56,124 nt of DNA. It comes from a virus (Duplodnaviria > Caudoviricetes). Positions 45,129 through 53,697 of this stretch are shown here, in pieces (position 1 is the first letter of the stretch; each line of letters opens with the position of its first letter). The DNA lies in the IMG/VR virus record IMGVR_UViG_3300038749_000008, positions 1-56,124 of that record; one strand, written 5' to 3'. The notes under the pieces were generated by a model. That model had not been told where the DNA came from. It did no database searches and saw only the letters and a program-made list of their open reading frames with translations. The position numbers were made by a program, and so were the translations under genes.

Positions 45129-45467
45129 ATGGAGGGAAGCATGGAGCATCCAATATCAAATCAGAGAGACCAACGTTCCCGAAACAGCGCTGCGATTATC
45201 GCAATCTCGATTGGCATCTTGATCTTTGTCGGCATGACTTGGAAGTCAGGAAATCTGGACTGGCTTCGAACACCGAGCCAAGAGGAACGAGATCAGCGGC
45301 AATGGTTGTCCGCCTACGAACATTGTTTAGAATACGATGCAGCGAAATATCGAGTGACCCTACGTGCCGCCGGAAAAACATCTTCGATATCCACGAGCGA
45401 TGCCTGTCGGTTTCAAGCTGATTTGCAAATGAAGATGGAGGGTCGAAATATTCCTCCCCGGCATTAA
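45129..45467 (+). CDS. Single-TM membrane protein, immunity-region accessory gene
   Basis: 'AAIIAISIGILIFVGMTW'; RBS GGAGG before Met 45141; two Cys in the C-terminal part. Confidence 0.65.
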   Translation: MEGSMEHPISNQRDQRSRNSAAIIAISIGILIFVGMTWKSGNLDWLRTPSQEERDQRQWLSAYEHCLEYDAAKYRVTLRAAGKTSSISTSDACRFQADLQMKMEGRNIPPRH

Positions 45468-45492
45468 GGCCTCGATGCTGCCGCCCCTTAAG

Positions 45493-45612
45493 CGGACAAA
45501 AATTCCCCCAATACGCACCTCTCGGTTAGCCCCGTTCGCTTAACGGGAAATTTATTTACCCCGTTTGGGGAATTTTATTCTTGATTTTGGATTTTCAGGG
45601 AATTATATTCTC
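45493..45612 (+). promoter_or_regulatory. OL region: pL (TTGATT-N17-TATATT) with 15-bp operators
   Basis: CGGACAAAAATTCCC (45493), GGGAATTTTATTCTT (45568), GGGAATTATATTCTC (45598); -35 at 45581, -10 at 45604. Confidence 0.75.
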
Positions 45613-45714
45613 CCCATCGGCGCTTCCCCGAGCGCCGTTGCAAGGCGACCCCCGGCGGTTTCATCCCCGTGCCCCCCCAAGACCGCCGGGGAAGCCTGAC
45701 AGGAGGAATGATCG

Positions 45715-46017
45715 ATGGCATCCGACAAATTCCGAGAGGCATGTGGCGCATGGTCCGCAGAGTCGGTGGTGGCGTCGGAGGAAATTCAAATCCGCGCCAC
45801 TGGATCAATCGCGAGCGGCGAGATTGACCGCTTGAACCTGCCCAATCTGGCAAACGATCTCATGGAGAAATTGGAGGAAGCCGGTGCGCTCTTCGCCGCC
45901 GCTGAAATCGGCGCCGAGATCGACTTCAACGAACTCGCGGAAGAACTACTCAGAATTGCGACTGGAACATTGGTTATGTTCGCCGTTGCGCGCCTCCACA
46001 AACCGGTGGCCCCCTGA
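45715..46017 (+). CDS. Hypothetical acidic protein, first gene of the pL operon
   Basis: RBS AGGAGG; 100 aa. Confidence 0.7.
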   Translation: MASDKFREACGAWSAESVVASEEIQIRATGSIASGEIDRLNLPNLANDLMEKLEEAGALFAAAEIGAEIDFNELAEELLRIATGTLVMFAVARLHKPVAP

Positions 46018-46373
46018 TGCTCGGCACCCCGGCTCTCATCAACGGCATCCGACAGGATTTCAACCGCAGCGAGGCGGAGGCGCGGGCGGATCGCGCCCGC
46101 CGGGATGCAAGAAATTTGAAGGTCATCCCGGCGGCGCGGATCGACGCCGCCATCGAACTAGCCGAAAGTTTCGGCGAAAGCCATCTCCGCGCCGTCGTCA
46201 TCGCGGTCTCAGTGGCGGGCGCGCTCGAACGGAATGGTCGCGCGCGGGCGCTCGAGATCGCCACCGATCATTTCTTTCTCTGTCATGCGCGCGACCTGGT
46301 TTCAGTCCTCGAAGGGCCGCCGCCCGCCGAGGCCTCTTTCGGCGACGAATGCACCTGCGCGGGGTGCCGGTGA
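46017..46373 (+). CDS. Hypothetical protein
   Basis: TGATG coupling. Confidence 0.65.
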   Translation: MLGTPALINGIRQDFNRSEAEARADRARRDARNLKVIPAARIDAAIELAESFGESHLRAVVIAVSVAGALERNGRARALEIATDHFFLCHARDLVSVLEGPPPAEASFGDECTCAGCR

Positions 46374-46549
46374 TGACCGGGAAGACCAGACGCGAAACGG
46401 CGCTCGAAGCATGCCTCTCGGAGTTGCGGGAACAACTCGCCTTCATGTTCGCCGACGATCTCGACGATCCCGATTCGATGGCGACGGCGATGCTGGCGCG
46501 CATCGACCAGACGGTCGGCGACGGCGCCCTGCCTGGAGCCTCCTCATGA
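46373..46549 (+). CDS. Hypothetical protein
   Basis: TGATG coupling; 58 aa. Confidence 0.55.
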   Translation: MTGKTRRETALEACLSELREQLAFMFADDLDDPDSMATAMLARIDQTVGDGALPGASS

Positions 46550-46740
46550 AAAGACATCCGCCGCCCTCTTCCACCCGCCGCCTGCCATCCGATCTTCCCG
46601 ACGAATTTCCGCCGCACGAAGACGATTACCCCGATGACGACGATATCGGGGCAGCGTCGATCCCGGCCCTGCTCGCGCTGATCGGGATCGGGATCTTCGC
46701 CGTCCTCGCACTGGCAAGACTTCTGGAGGCTCTTTCATGA
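46546..46740 (+). CDS. Small membrane protein
   Basis: ATGA coupling; C-terminal TM. Confidence 0.55.
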   Translation: MKRHPPPSSTRRLPSDLPDEFPPHEDDYPDDDDIGAASIPALLALIGIGIFAVLALARLLEALS

Positions 46741-46904
46741 CCGCGCTTCCCCGCGACTACGGCCGGCGCATCTATGTCACGCGCCGCGATCTGCGCCGGC
46801 GACACGCCGCCCGGCATGGCGCATGGCGGCTCGCCGCCTTCACCGTCGCCATAGCATCGACCGGCGTCATCGCACACGCGCTGCACGGCTGGGGGTTCTG
46901 GTGA
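46737..46904 (+). CDS. Small membrane protein (MTALPRDYG...GWGFW), not in the ORF track
   Basis: RBS GGAGG, ATGA coupling, 55 aa with C-terminal TM. Confidence 0.5.
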   Translation: MTALPRDYGRRIYVTRRDLRRRHAARHGAWRLAAFTVAIASTGVIAHALHGWGFW

Positions 46905-47272
46905 CGGTGGCACCGCAAATTTCCGACCGCGCCACGGCCCGCGCCGAACATTTCGAGGCGACCCTGCATCGGCTGGCGGGCATGGCGCGGCGATACCGGA
47001 AGGTTATCTCTTGCGGGCAGGTGATCGAAGAGATCGGCCGCGCCCTGGCGACCGCGCCGGAAAACTATGCGGCTCTGCCGAAATGGCAGCCCATCGAATT
47101 CGCACTGAAGAACAGAACGATCGTCGCGCGCGTCCGCGAACAGAAAGAACCGGTCGTCTGCGTCTACAAGCCCGGCAACCAGCACATGATGGCGGGCTGG
47201 TGGGCGCGCGGTCTCCGCGTCGAACCGTACGAATTCTTCAACCTGCCTCCTTTCGAAAGGACCGGCGCATGA
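46901..47272 (+). CDS. Hypothetical protein (start uncertain)
   Basis: GTGA coupling; in the operon. Confidence 0.55.
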   Translation: MTVAPQISDRATARAEHFEATLHRLAGMARRYRKVISCGQVIEEIGRALATAPENYAALPKWQPIEFALKNRTIVARVREQKEPVVCVYKPGNQHMMAGWWARGLRVEPYEFFNLPPFERTGA

Positions 47273-47550
47273 CGGCGCAGAAACGGGCGGCATCTCACCT
47301 CAGCCCCGAAAAAATGAAGGTTCTTCGCGCCACGGTCGAGATCGGTCAGGGCACGCCATACCTGCTGCGCCAGTATTTCAATCTCAAATCGTATCAGGGC
47401 GCGTCGTTCGAGGGCACACTCTCCGCGCTCGCCAGAATGAATTTTCTGCAGCGCGATCAGACGCTCGGCTTCTACACGCCGACCGAGGCTGGCATCGAGC
47501 GCGCCTCGCAAAAGAACCCGTTCCGCCCGCGCAGACGGAGGCCGGCATGA
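47269..47550 (+). CDS. Winged-helix-like hypothetical protein
   Basis: 'TLSALARMNFLQR..FYTPTEAG'. Confidence 0.55.
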   Translation: MTAQKRAASHLSPEKMKVLRATVEIGQGTPYLLRQYFNLKSYQGASFEGTLSALARMNFLQRDQTLGFYTPTEAGIERASQKNPFRPRRRRPA

Positions 47551-47945
47551 TGCACGCGTCGCTCAACCCCGCCTCGCCGCCTGTTCGTTCCGAGCGGGAC
47601 CTGGCCCGCGCTCAGGCGCGGGAATGGTCAAGGGAGAAAATCGTCTCAGGCGATCTCTGCCGGATGATCGACAGAATCGAGGCGGCCTCCGACCGACATC
47701 GCGTGGTGGACTACGACGACGACTTCCCGTTCGTCTACGCAGACCACGTGCTTTGGGATGACGCCGTCGGCCTCTTACGAGAGGCGGCCAATCATTACCC
47801 TCACCCTTCCGGTGGACTGCTCTTCGATGCGGGTTTTCACAGGCTCCCGCATGGAATGGATCGCTTCGGCGACGCCGTCGACGAGGATGACCTTACAGAC
47901 ATCGTCACCGCAATTTTGGAGAACCCCGATGCGCTTCTCGGTTGA
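47547..47945 (+). CDS. Hypothetical protein
   Basis: RBS GGAGG; ATGA coupling. Confidence 0.6.
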   Translation: MMHASLNPASPPVRSERDLARAQAREWSREKIVSGDLCRMIDRIEAASDRHRVVDYDDDFPFVYADHVLWDDAVGLLREAANHYPHPSGGLLFDAGFHRLPHGMDRFGDAVDEDDLTDIVTAILENPDALLG

Positions 47946-49047
47946 CTGCAACGTCCTCACGCGCGCCTGCACGAACCTCGCCGATATCGCCGCGATGAGG
48001 ACGGTCATTCCGATCCTGAATAACGTCAAGCTCGAGGCCGCGGGCGGCAAGCTGACGATCACGGCCAACAATCTCGACCAGTCGATGGCGATCACGGTCC
48101 AGGCGAACGTCGAGGCCGAGGGCGCTACCACCGTCGAATACCGGCGGCTCCAGAGCATCGCCAGCATCGCGGCGGAAGGCGCCGACATCTTTTTCTCCGA
48201 CGAACGCGAGGAGGGGCGCGCTGAAATCAAGACCGGGAAATCCCGCTACAAGCTCCTGACGCTGCCCGCCGCCGACTATCCGGTATTCGAGATGCCCGAG
48301 CAGACGCTGAGCGTGCCGCTTCGCGGCGCGGAGCTCGAACGCCTCCTCTCCGTCTGGTACGCCGCCGCGGATGAGGAGGCGAGACCCTATCTGAACGGCA
48401 TCTATGTACACCGAACGACTGACGGCCTCGGCGCCGTCGCCACCGACGGGCATCGCCTCGCGCTGGTCGAGATCGACCTGCCGGAGGGAGCCGAGGATAT
48501 CGACCGCCTGGGCGTCATCCTGCCGAACGCCACGGTCAAAATCCTGCGGCGGCTCGTCTCCGACGACAGGGCCCTTTTCGAGACGGACGACCGCAAGGTC
48601 GTCGTCACCTTTGAACGGGCGGGCATGGTGATCAGTTTCGTTTCCAAGCTGATTGAGGGCACCTATCCGGATTTCGGTCGCACCATTCCGGCCCGGCAGG
48701 ACGGCAGGACGGTCTCCATCGCGACCGACCCGCTTATCACGGCGGTCAAGCGCGCGATGATCGCGCAGGATGGAAAATCCTCCTCCGTTCGGCTCCTGCT
48801 GAACGAGGGCAGGCTATCCCTCTCCGCCCGCAGCGACGCCGGCATCGAGGCGGCCGATACGGTCGATTGCGATTGGGCGGGCGAGGAATTCGAGCTCTTC
48901 CTGAACGGACGCTATCTGCTCGCCTCGGTCAACGGCCTCGACGCGAAGGAGGTCGAGTTGACCGTCAAGCGGGCCGACTATCCCGTCAGGATGGAGATAC
49001 CGGGCGTGCAAGGGCGAACCGACGTCATCATGACGATGAGAGGGTGA
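47929..49047 (+). CDS. dnaN: DNA polymerase III beta sliding clamp (phage-encoded)
   Basis: 'TVIPILNNVKL', 'LPAADYP', 'EARPYLNGI', 'VATDGHRLA', 'SKLIEGTYPDF', 'NGRYL', 'VIMTMR'. Confidence 0.93.
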   Translation: MRFSVDCNVLTRACTNLADIAAMRTVIPILNNVKLEAAGGKLTITANNLDQSMAITVQANVEAEGATTVEYRRLQSIASIAAEGADIFFSDEREEGRAEIKTGKSRYKLLTLPAADYPVFEMPEQTLSVPLRGAELERLLSVWYAAADEEARPYLNGIYVHRTTDGLGAVATDGHRLALVEIDLPEGAEDIDRLGVILPNATVKILRRLVSDDRALFETDDRKVVVTFERAGMVISFVSKLIEGTYPDFGRTIPARQDGRTVSIATDPLITAVKRAMIAQDGKSSSVRLLLNEGRLSLSARSDAGIEAADTVDCDWAGEEFELFLNGRYLLASVNGLDAKEVELTVKRADYPVRMEIPGVQGRTDVIMTMRG

Positions 49048-49048
49048 C

Positions 49049-49417
49049 GTGGCCGACACGCGCACCGAACTCCGCCGGATCGCCGCCCTGATCGGCAGGG
49101 CCCGATGCAGCCTGTCCAATGAGAAGGCGACGCAGGCCGATATCGAGAAGGTGCTGACGCAGGCAGGTGTCGCCTTCGCGCGCGAGGCGAGACTGGGGCC
49201 TGGCGACATTCCGGATTTCATCCTCGACGACCGGCTGGTGATCGAGGTGAAACTCCGCTCCACGAGCCGCCGCAACATCAACCGCCAGCTCATGCGCTAC
49301 GCCGCTTACCCGACCGTCGCGGGGCTGTTGCTCGTCTCTAACGTCGCCACATCCCTCCCTCCCGAGATCGAAGGCAAGCCCATCGTCACGGTGAGCCTCG
49401 GAACGGCGTGGCTATGA
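49049..49417 (+). CDS. PD-(D/E)XK nuclease (GxxExxY-like)
   Basis: 'NEKATQ..RE..IPDFILDDRLVIEVK..QLMRY..GLLLV'. Confidence 0.75.
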   Translation: MADTRTELRRIAALIGRARCSLSNEKATQADIEKVLTQAGVAFAREARLGPGDIPDFILDDRLVIEVKLRSTSRRNINRQLMRYAAYPTVAGLLLVSNVATSLPPEIEGKPIVTVSLGTAWL

Positions 49418-51102
49418 GGACCTATGGCGCGATCGCTCTTGTCAACGATCGATGGGTCATCTCGGCCCTGGACGCGCATGTGCGCATCCGGCTGAAGCAT
49501 ATATTCCCGCGCATTCCGAAGACGGCCGACGTGCCCTATGTCCTCCCGAACGATCTTCCGCACGCCGCCGACATCGAATGGTTCCTGTCCCGCTATCCGC
49601 TCAGGATCAGCCCCGACGACCGCATGGCGTTGATCGGCGGCAGGTTGCGGTTCGAAACGCGCCAGACGGAATTGGAACGCATTCTCGCGGCCGACTATGC
49701 GCCGCCCGCCTATCCGCGTCTCAAGCCCGGTGCGGAAGTGCGGCACTATCAGTCTCAGGCCGTCGAGGTTCTGTTCCGCTCTTTCGGCCTTCTGCTCGGC
49801 GACGAAGTCGGCCTCGGCAAGACCTTCACGACGGCCGCTGCATGCCTCAATCCCGATGCTCTGCCCGCTATCGTCGTCTGCCACCCCCACCTCCAGAAGC
49901 AATGGATTGACGTAATCCATGGCTTCACGACGCTGAACGCCTACGGCATCAAGAAGACGAAGCCCTATGAATTGCCGCCGGCGGACGTGTTCGTCTTCCG
50001 CTACTCGCAACTCGCGGGCTGGGTCGACCGCTTTGCGGACATCGGTCCGAAGCTCGTCGCCTATGACGAAGTGCAGGAACTCCGGACCGGCACCGCCTCG
50101 GCCAAAGGGGTCGCGGCCCTGCGATTGTCAAATCTTGCGACTTATCGGCTCGGGCTCTCCGCAACGCCCATCTACAACTACGGCAACGAGATCTGGGAAG
50201 TGATGCGCTTCCTGCGTCCCGACGCGCTCGGCGACTATTACGACTTCGTGCGGGAATGGACCGGCAATAGCCGGACCGTTTCCAATCCCAAGGCCCTCGG
50301 CACCTATCTGCGCGAGCAGTTTGCCTTCCTCCGCCGCACAAAGCGGGATGTCGGAAAGGAAATGCCGCCCGTCAATCGCATTGTCGACATGATCGAGCAT
50401 GACGAGGCGAAGCTGCGGGATATCGACGAACTCGCGCATCAACTCGCGGTCAGAACCACCGTCGGCGAATTTACCGATCGTGGCCAGGCCGCGCGCGAAC
50501 TGGACATGCTGGTGCGCCAGCAGACCGGGATCGCCAAGGCGAAAGGCGTGGCCGCTTTCGCCCGCATCCTCGTCGAAGGCGGCGAGCCCATCGCGCTCGT
50601 CGGCTGGCATCGCGAAGTCTACGACATATGGTTGGAGGAACTCGCCGAATTTCGTCCGGCCATGTACACCGGGTCGGAATCTCCAGCGGGCAAGAACCGG
50701 GAGAAGGATCGCTTCATCTCCGGCGACACCGACATTCTGATCATGTCGCTCCGGTCCGGCGCGGGCCTCGACGGCCTGCAGTTCCGATGCTCCACGATGG
50801 TCTTCGGCGAGCTCGATTGGTCGCCGGGCATCCATCATCAATGCGTCGGTCGCCTCGACCGCGAAGGTCAGGCCGATCCCGTGACGGCGATATTCCTCGT
50901 CACCGATGACGGTTCCGATCCGCCCATCATGGAAATGCTCGGTCTCAAAGCCTCGCAGGCCGCCGGGATCGCCGATCCGGAGCTGGGCGTCCAGACGGTC
51001 CATAGCGACATCAGCCGCGTTCAGGCGCTCGTGAGCCGCTATCTCAAGCGCAAGAAGCGCGGGCCGGTCGACAATCCAGAGCAGGAAAGGCTCGCGATAT
51101 GA
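49414..51102 (+). CDS. SNF2-family helicase
   Basis: 'YQ', 'DEVGLGKT', 'YDEVQ', 'LSATP', 'GAGLDGLQ', 'QCVGRLDREGQ'. Confidence 0.92.
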   Translation: MRTYGAIALVNDRWVISALDAHVRIRLKHIFPRIPKTADVPYVLPNDLPHAADIEWFLSRYPLRISPDDRMALIGGRLRFETRQTELERILAADYAPPAYPRLKPGAEVRHYQSQAVEVLFRSFGLLLGDEVGLGKTFTTAAACLNPDALPAIVVCHPHLQKQWIDVIHGFTTLNAYGIKKTKPYELPPADVFVFRYSQLAGWVDRFADIGPKLVAYDEVQELRTGTASAKGVAALRLSNLATYRLGLSATPIYNYGNEIWEVMRFLRPDALGDYYDFVREWTGNSRTVSNPKALGTYLREQFAFLRRTKRDVGKEMPPVNRIVDMIEHDEAKLRDIDELAHQLAVRTTVGEFTDRGQAARELDMLVRQQTGIAKAKGVAAFARILVEGGEPIALVGWHREVYDIWLEELAEFRPAMYTGSESPAGKNREKDRFISGDTDILIMSLRSGAGLDGLQFRCSTMVFGELDWSPGIHHQCVGRLDREGQADPVTAIFLVTDDGSDPPIMEMLGLKASQAAGIADPELGVQTVHSDISRVQALVSRYLKRKKRGPVDNPEQERLAI

Positions 51103-51758
51103 GCGACAACCCTCCTCGTTTTCCCTATGCCAGTCCGGAGGCTCATACGCGGGCGGGAGAAATGCTCGATGCCGGAAGGATGTCAGTGCATATACATCCA
51201 TCCCGCCGCGCGTCAGCGCCGGATTTCCCGGCTATCGACGAATTGCTTTTTCATGTCGGACAGAGCCGCGAGAAGTTGATCTGCGAAATCGAAGCCGCCC
51301 ACGAGATGCTGCCCGAAGCGCTCGCGCCTCGCCTCAAGGACCGGACGGACGAGCGGAGCGTCGCCCAGCGGCTGAAGCTCTTTCTGGAACTGATCGACCG
51401 GAGGGTCGCGGAACTTAGCGATGAGAGAGACCGGGAGGTTCAGCGGCGGGTGGTGGCGGAGGCGCGGGTTGAGGATCAGTTTGAAAGCGGTATGCGAAAC
51501 GGCATGAAGATGGCCGCGCGCATCGTCGCCGGCACCATTCCGTTGTCAGACGACTACACAGCCGATCAACGCGAGCATGCGCGCTATCTCGTCGAGATGA
51601 TCCGGGATGTCGCGACGGGCCGCCTCGCACAATGGGATGACATCGTTTCCGAGCAGCGGGAACTCAGGTGGCCGGTCCTGGGCGAAGTGATTGAAGGCGA
51701 GAGGCTCGACGCCGCTCTTTCCGCCTTCAACCTGGCTCTGCAGGGACAAACGCCATGA
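51099..51758 (+). CDS. Hypothetical coiled-coil protein
   Basis: ATGA coupling; 219 aa. Confidence 0.65.
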   Translation: MSDNPPRFPYASPEAHTRAGEMLDAGRMSVHIHPSRRASAPDFPAIDELLFHVGQSREKLICEIEAAHEMLPEALAPRLKDRTDERSVAQRLKLFLELIDRRVAELSDERDREVQRRVVAEARVEDQFESGMRNGMKMAARIVAGTIPLSDDYTADQREHARYLVEMIRDVATGRLAQWDDIVSEQRELRWPVLGEVIEGERLDAALSAFNLALQGQTP

Positions 51759-52303
51759 CCGATACCTCCCTCCCTACGGCAGAACAGGTCTGTGAGCAAT
51801 TGAATTGCTTATTCACAGGCAACCCAGCTAATTCCGATCAAGTCAGCGGGCAGAAAGCCTGTGTATGCGTGACGTGTGAGGCGGATGCCATCATCACCGC
51901 CCAAGCTGCGGAGATAGAGCGATGGAAGCTACATACCGATGACCTAATGGCGCTGCTAGAGGCGAGCGACAATAACGGCATTGATATGCGCGACCAACTC
52001 GCAGCGGTGAAGGCGGAGCGGGATGCGATGCGCTGGCAGCCGATTGAAAGCGCCCCGAAAGATGGCACTCCCATCGATATTATTCTGAACGGGCGACGCA
52101 TTCCCGATGTGTGGTGGGGACGGCCAAATCACGCATGCGGAGAGGCAGGGCGTTATTGCGATAGCTGCCCGACTGTTGACGGTTGGTGTGATCTCTTTGG
52201 CTATGTCGTCGATAAGGAAGGCGCGGAAAGCTCAAGTCCGACGCACTGGATGTTTTCGCTGCCCGCGCCCCGCTCCCCCGACGCACAGGGAGAGAAGGAA
52301 TGA
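51755..52303 (+). CDS. DUF551-like (Ea-region) protein
   Basis: 'WQPIESAPKDGT..PTHWM'. Confidence 0.75.
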   Translation: MTDTSLPTAEQVCEQLNCLFTGNPANSDQVSGQKACVCVTCEADAIITAQAAEIERWKLHTDDLMALLEASDNNGIDMRDQLAAVKAERDAMRWQPIESAPKDGTPIDIILNGRRIPDVWWGRPNHACGEAGRYCDSCPTVDGWCDLFGYVVDKEGAESSSPTHWMFSLPAPRSPDAQGEKE

Positions 52304-52617
52304 ACGTCAATCCGAAGGCATATGCGGAAGCCGAAAAAGCATTCACCGAAGCAGAGGACGAAGCGCTCGATATAGCCATTCGGACCTATCTCTCCGCGCT
52401 GCCAGCCGCAGAGCGGCTGGCAATGAGTGAGGGGCCGATCCCGATGCTACTCTGGTGCCCCGAATGTGGCGCTCGACATATCGATGAAGGCGAGTTCGCC
52501 ACCAAGGTACATCACACCCATGCCTGTCAATCCTGCGGCATGGTTTGGCGCCCCGCCGTCGTTCCGACGTGCGGCGTCAACTTTCTTCCGGGCTTCAAGA
52601 ATGAGGTGACACCATGA
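52300..52617 (+). CDS. Zn-finger hypothetical protein
   Basis: 'LWCPECGARHID..HTHACQSCG'. Confidence 0.7.
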   Translation: MNVNPKAYAEAEKAFTEAEDEALDIAIRTYLSALPAAERLAMSEGPIPMLLWCPECGARHIDEGEFATKVHHTHACQSCGMVWRPAVVPTCGVNFLPGFKNEVTP

Positions 52618-52901
52618 TCCCCGCCGAACTCATAGAAGCGGCGGCGCGTATCCTGAGCCCCAATTGCATGTGGGACGAAGGATACGTCAACGCCCACCAA
52701 GAACGCCGCCGCGAGAGGGCGCGAGTCAAAGCCAGGGAGATCGCCAGCCTTATCTTGGAGACATGCGCGAAGTTGGCGGATGGTCACAAAAGCAAGGTCG
52801 TCGTCAATGAACCGCTTTGGCATGACGGGCAAGATTGGACGGCGAATAGCATTGGCGAGGCTATTCGCGCGCTCCTATCCGACGATCAGGAGCCGATATG
52901 A
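52614..52901 (+). CDS. Hypothetical protein
   Basis: RBS GAGGTG; 'LETCAKLAD..IGEAIRAL'. Confidence 0.65.
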   Translation: MIPAELIEAAARILSPNCMWDEGYVNAHQERRRERARVKAREIASLILETCAKLADGHKSKVVVNEPLWHDGQDWTANSIGEAIRALLSDDQEPI

Positions 52902-53179
52902 CCGGCGACTGGCACCCCATCGACGAAGCGCAACATATCCGGCTCGGAACGGTCGTCGAGCTGCGGATGGAAAACGGCCGCGTCTATCGCGCGACGTGGC
53001 GCGAGAAAGGATTGGTTACGGCCTGGTGGCTCGATCCGGGCCAGCGGCGCAAGCGGGAGATAGGGCTCTACGACCCCGTCGAATTCAGAGTGCTGGCGGA
53101 AGGGCATTCATTCGACGACGGAACACGTGAAGGGATGCGGCGCGAGAAGGAACGCCTGGAAGCGAGGCGGCATGGTTGA
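52898..53179 (+). CDS. Hypothetical protein
   Basis: RBS AGGAG; ATGA coupling. Confidence 0.6.
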   Translation: MTGDWHPIDEAQHIRLGTVVELRMENGRVYRATWREKGLVTAWWLDPGQRRKREIGLYDPVEFRVLAEGHSFDDGTREGMRREKERLEARRHG

Positions 53180-53540
53180 CCTCGTCGGCACCTGCCCGAA
53201 GGATTTCTGGCGCGAGTGGATAGCCGAAGGCGACGCCGCCGGCGACCCCGAAACGGGCGAGGAATGGGGCTGGTACACGCAGCATTCCCTTGTTCGCCGG
53301 ATCGACCCCGGCGACCGCCTCTATGTCGTCGCCCACGGCCGCTTGAGGGGCTTTGCCCCGGTAACCCGCATCCATCTTTCGCCTGACGGGCGCGGTGGAG
53401 CGATATGCCGCCGCGGCGGCGGGGTCGCGATCACGATAGATCAGCCGATCCCGGGCTTCAGGGGCCTCCGGGAGCGCTGGTGGCCGAGGGAAAGCGAGAT
53501 CGATTTCCCCGACTGGAAGACGGCGGGTGTGGGGACCTGA
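53172..53540 (+). CDS. PUA/EVE/ASCH-like domain protein
   Basis: 'PGDRLYVVAHGRLRGFAPVTRI..IPGFRGLR'. Confidence 0.55.
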   Translation: MVDLVGTCPKDFWREWIAEGDAAGDPETGEEWGWYTQHSLVRRIDPGDRLYVVAHGRLRGFAPVTRIHLSPDGRGGAICRRGGGVAITIDQPIPGFRGLRERWWPRESEIDFPDWKTAGVGT

Positions 53541-53541
53541 C

Positions 53542-53697
53542 ATGACCCGTCGCGCCCATCGCACAGAACCCTTGCGTCCCGAGCCCGATCCGGCTTTGCT
53601 GGCGCTGGCCCGAGCGCTGGCGCGGCAACAGGCCCGCGAGGATCATGCACGTGAAATGGCGGAAAGAAAGCCCGATGAAACGCGCCGCGATCTATAG
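53542..53697 (+). CDS. Small protein overlapping the integrase start (candidate recombination directionality factor)
   Basis: 51 aa 'PDPALLALARALARQQAREDH', below the ORF-track cutoff; typical position ahead of serine integrases. Confidence 0.55.
   Translation: MTRRAHRTEPLRPEPDPALLALARALARQQAREDHAREMAERKPDETRRDL

Noticed and set aside
51809-51817. DnaA-box match TTATTCACA
   Set aside because: Isolated, inside a coding region, and compatible with chance.
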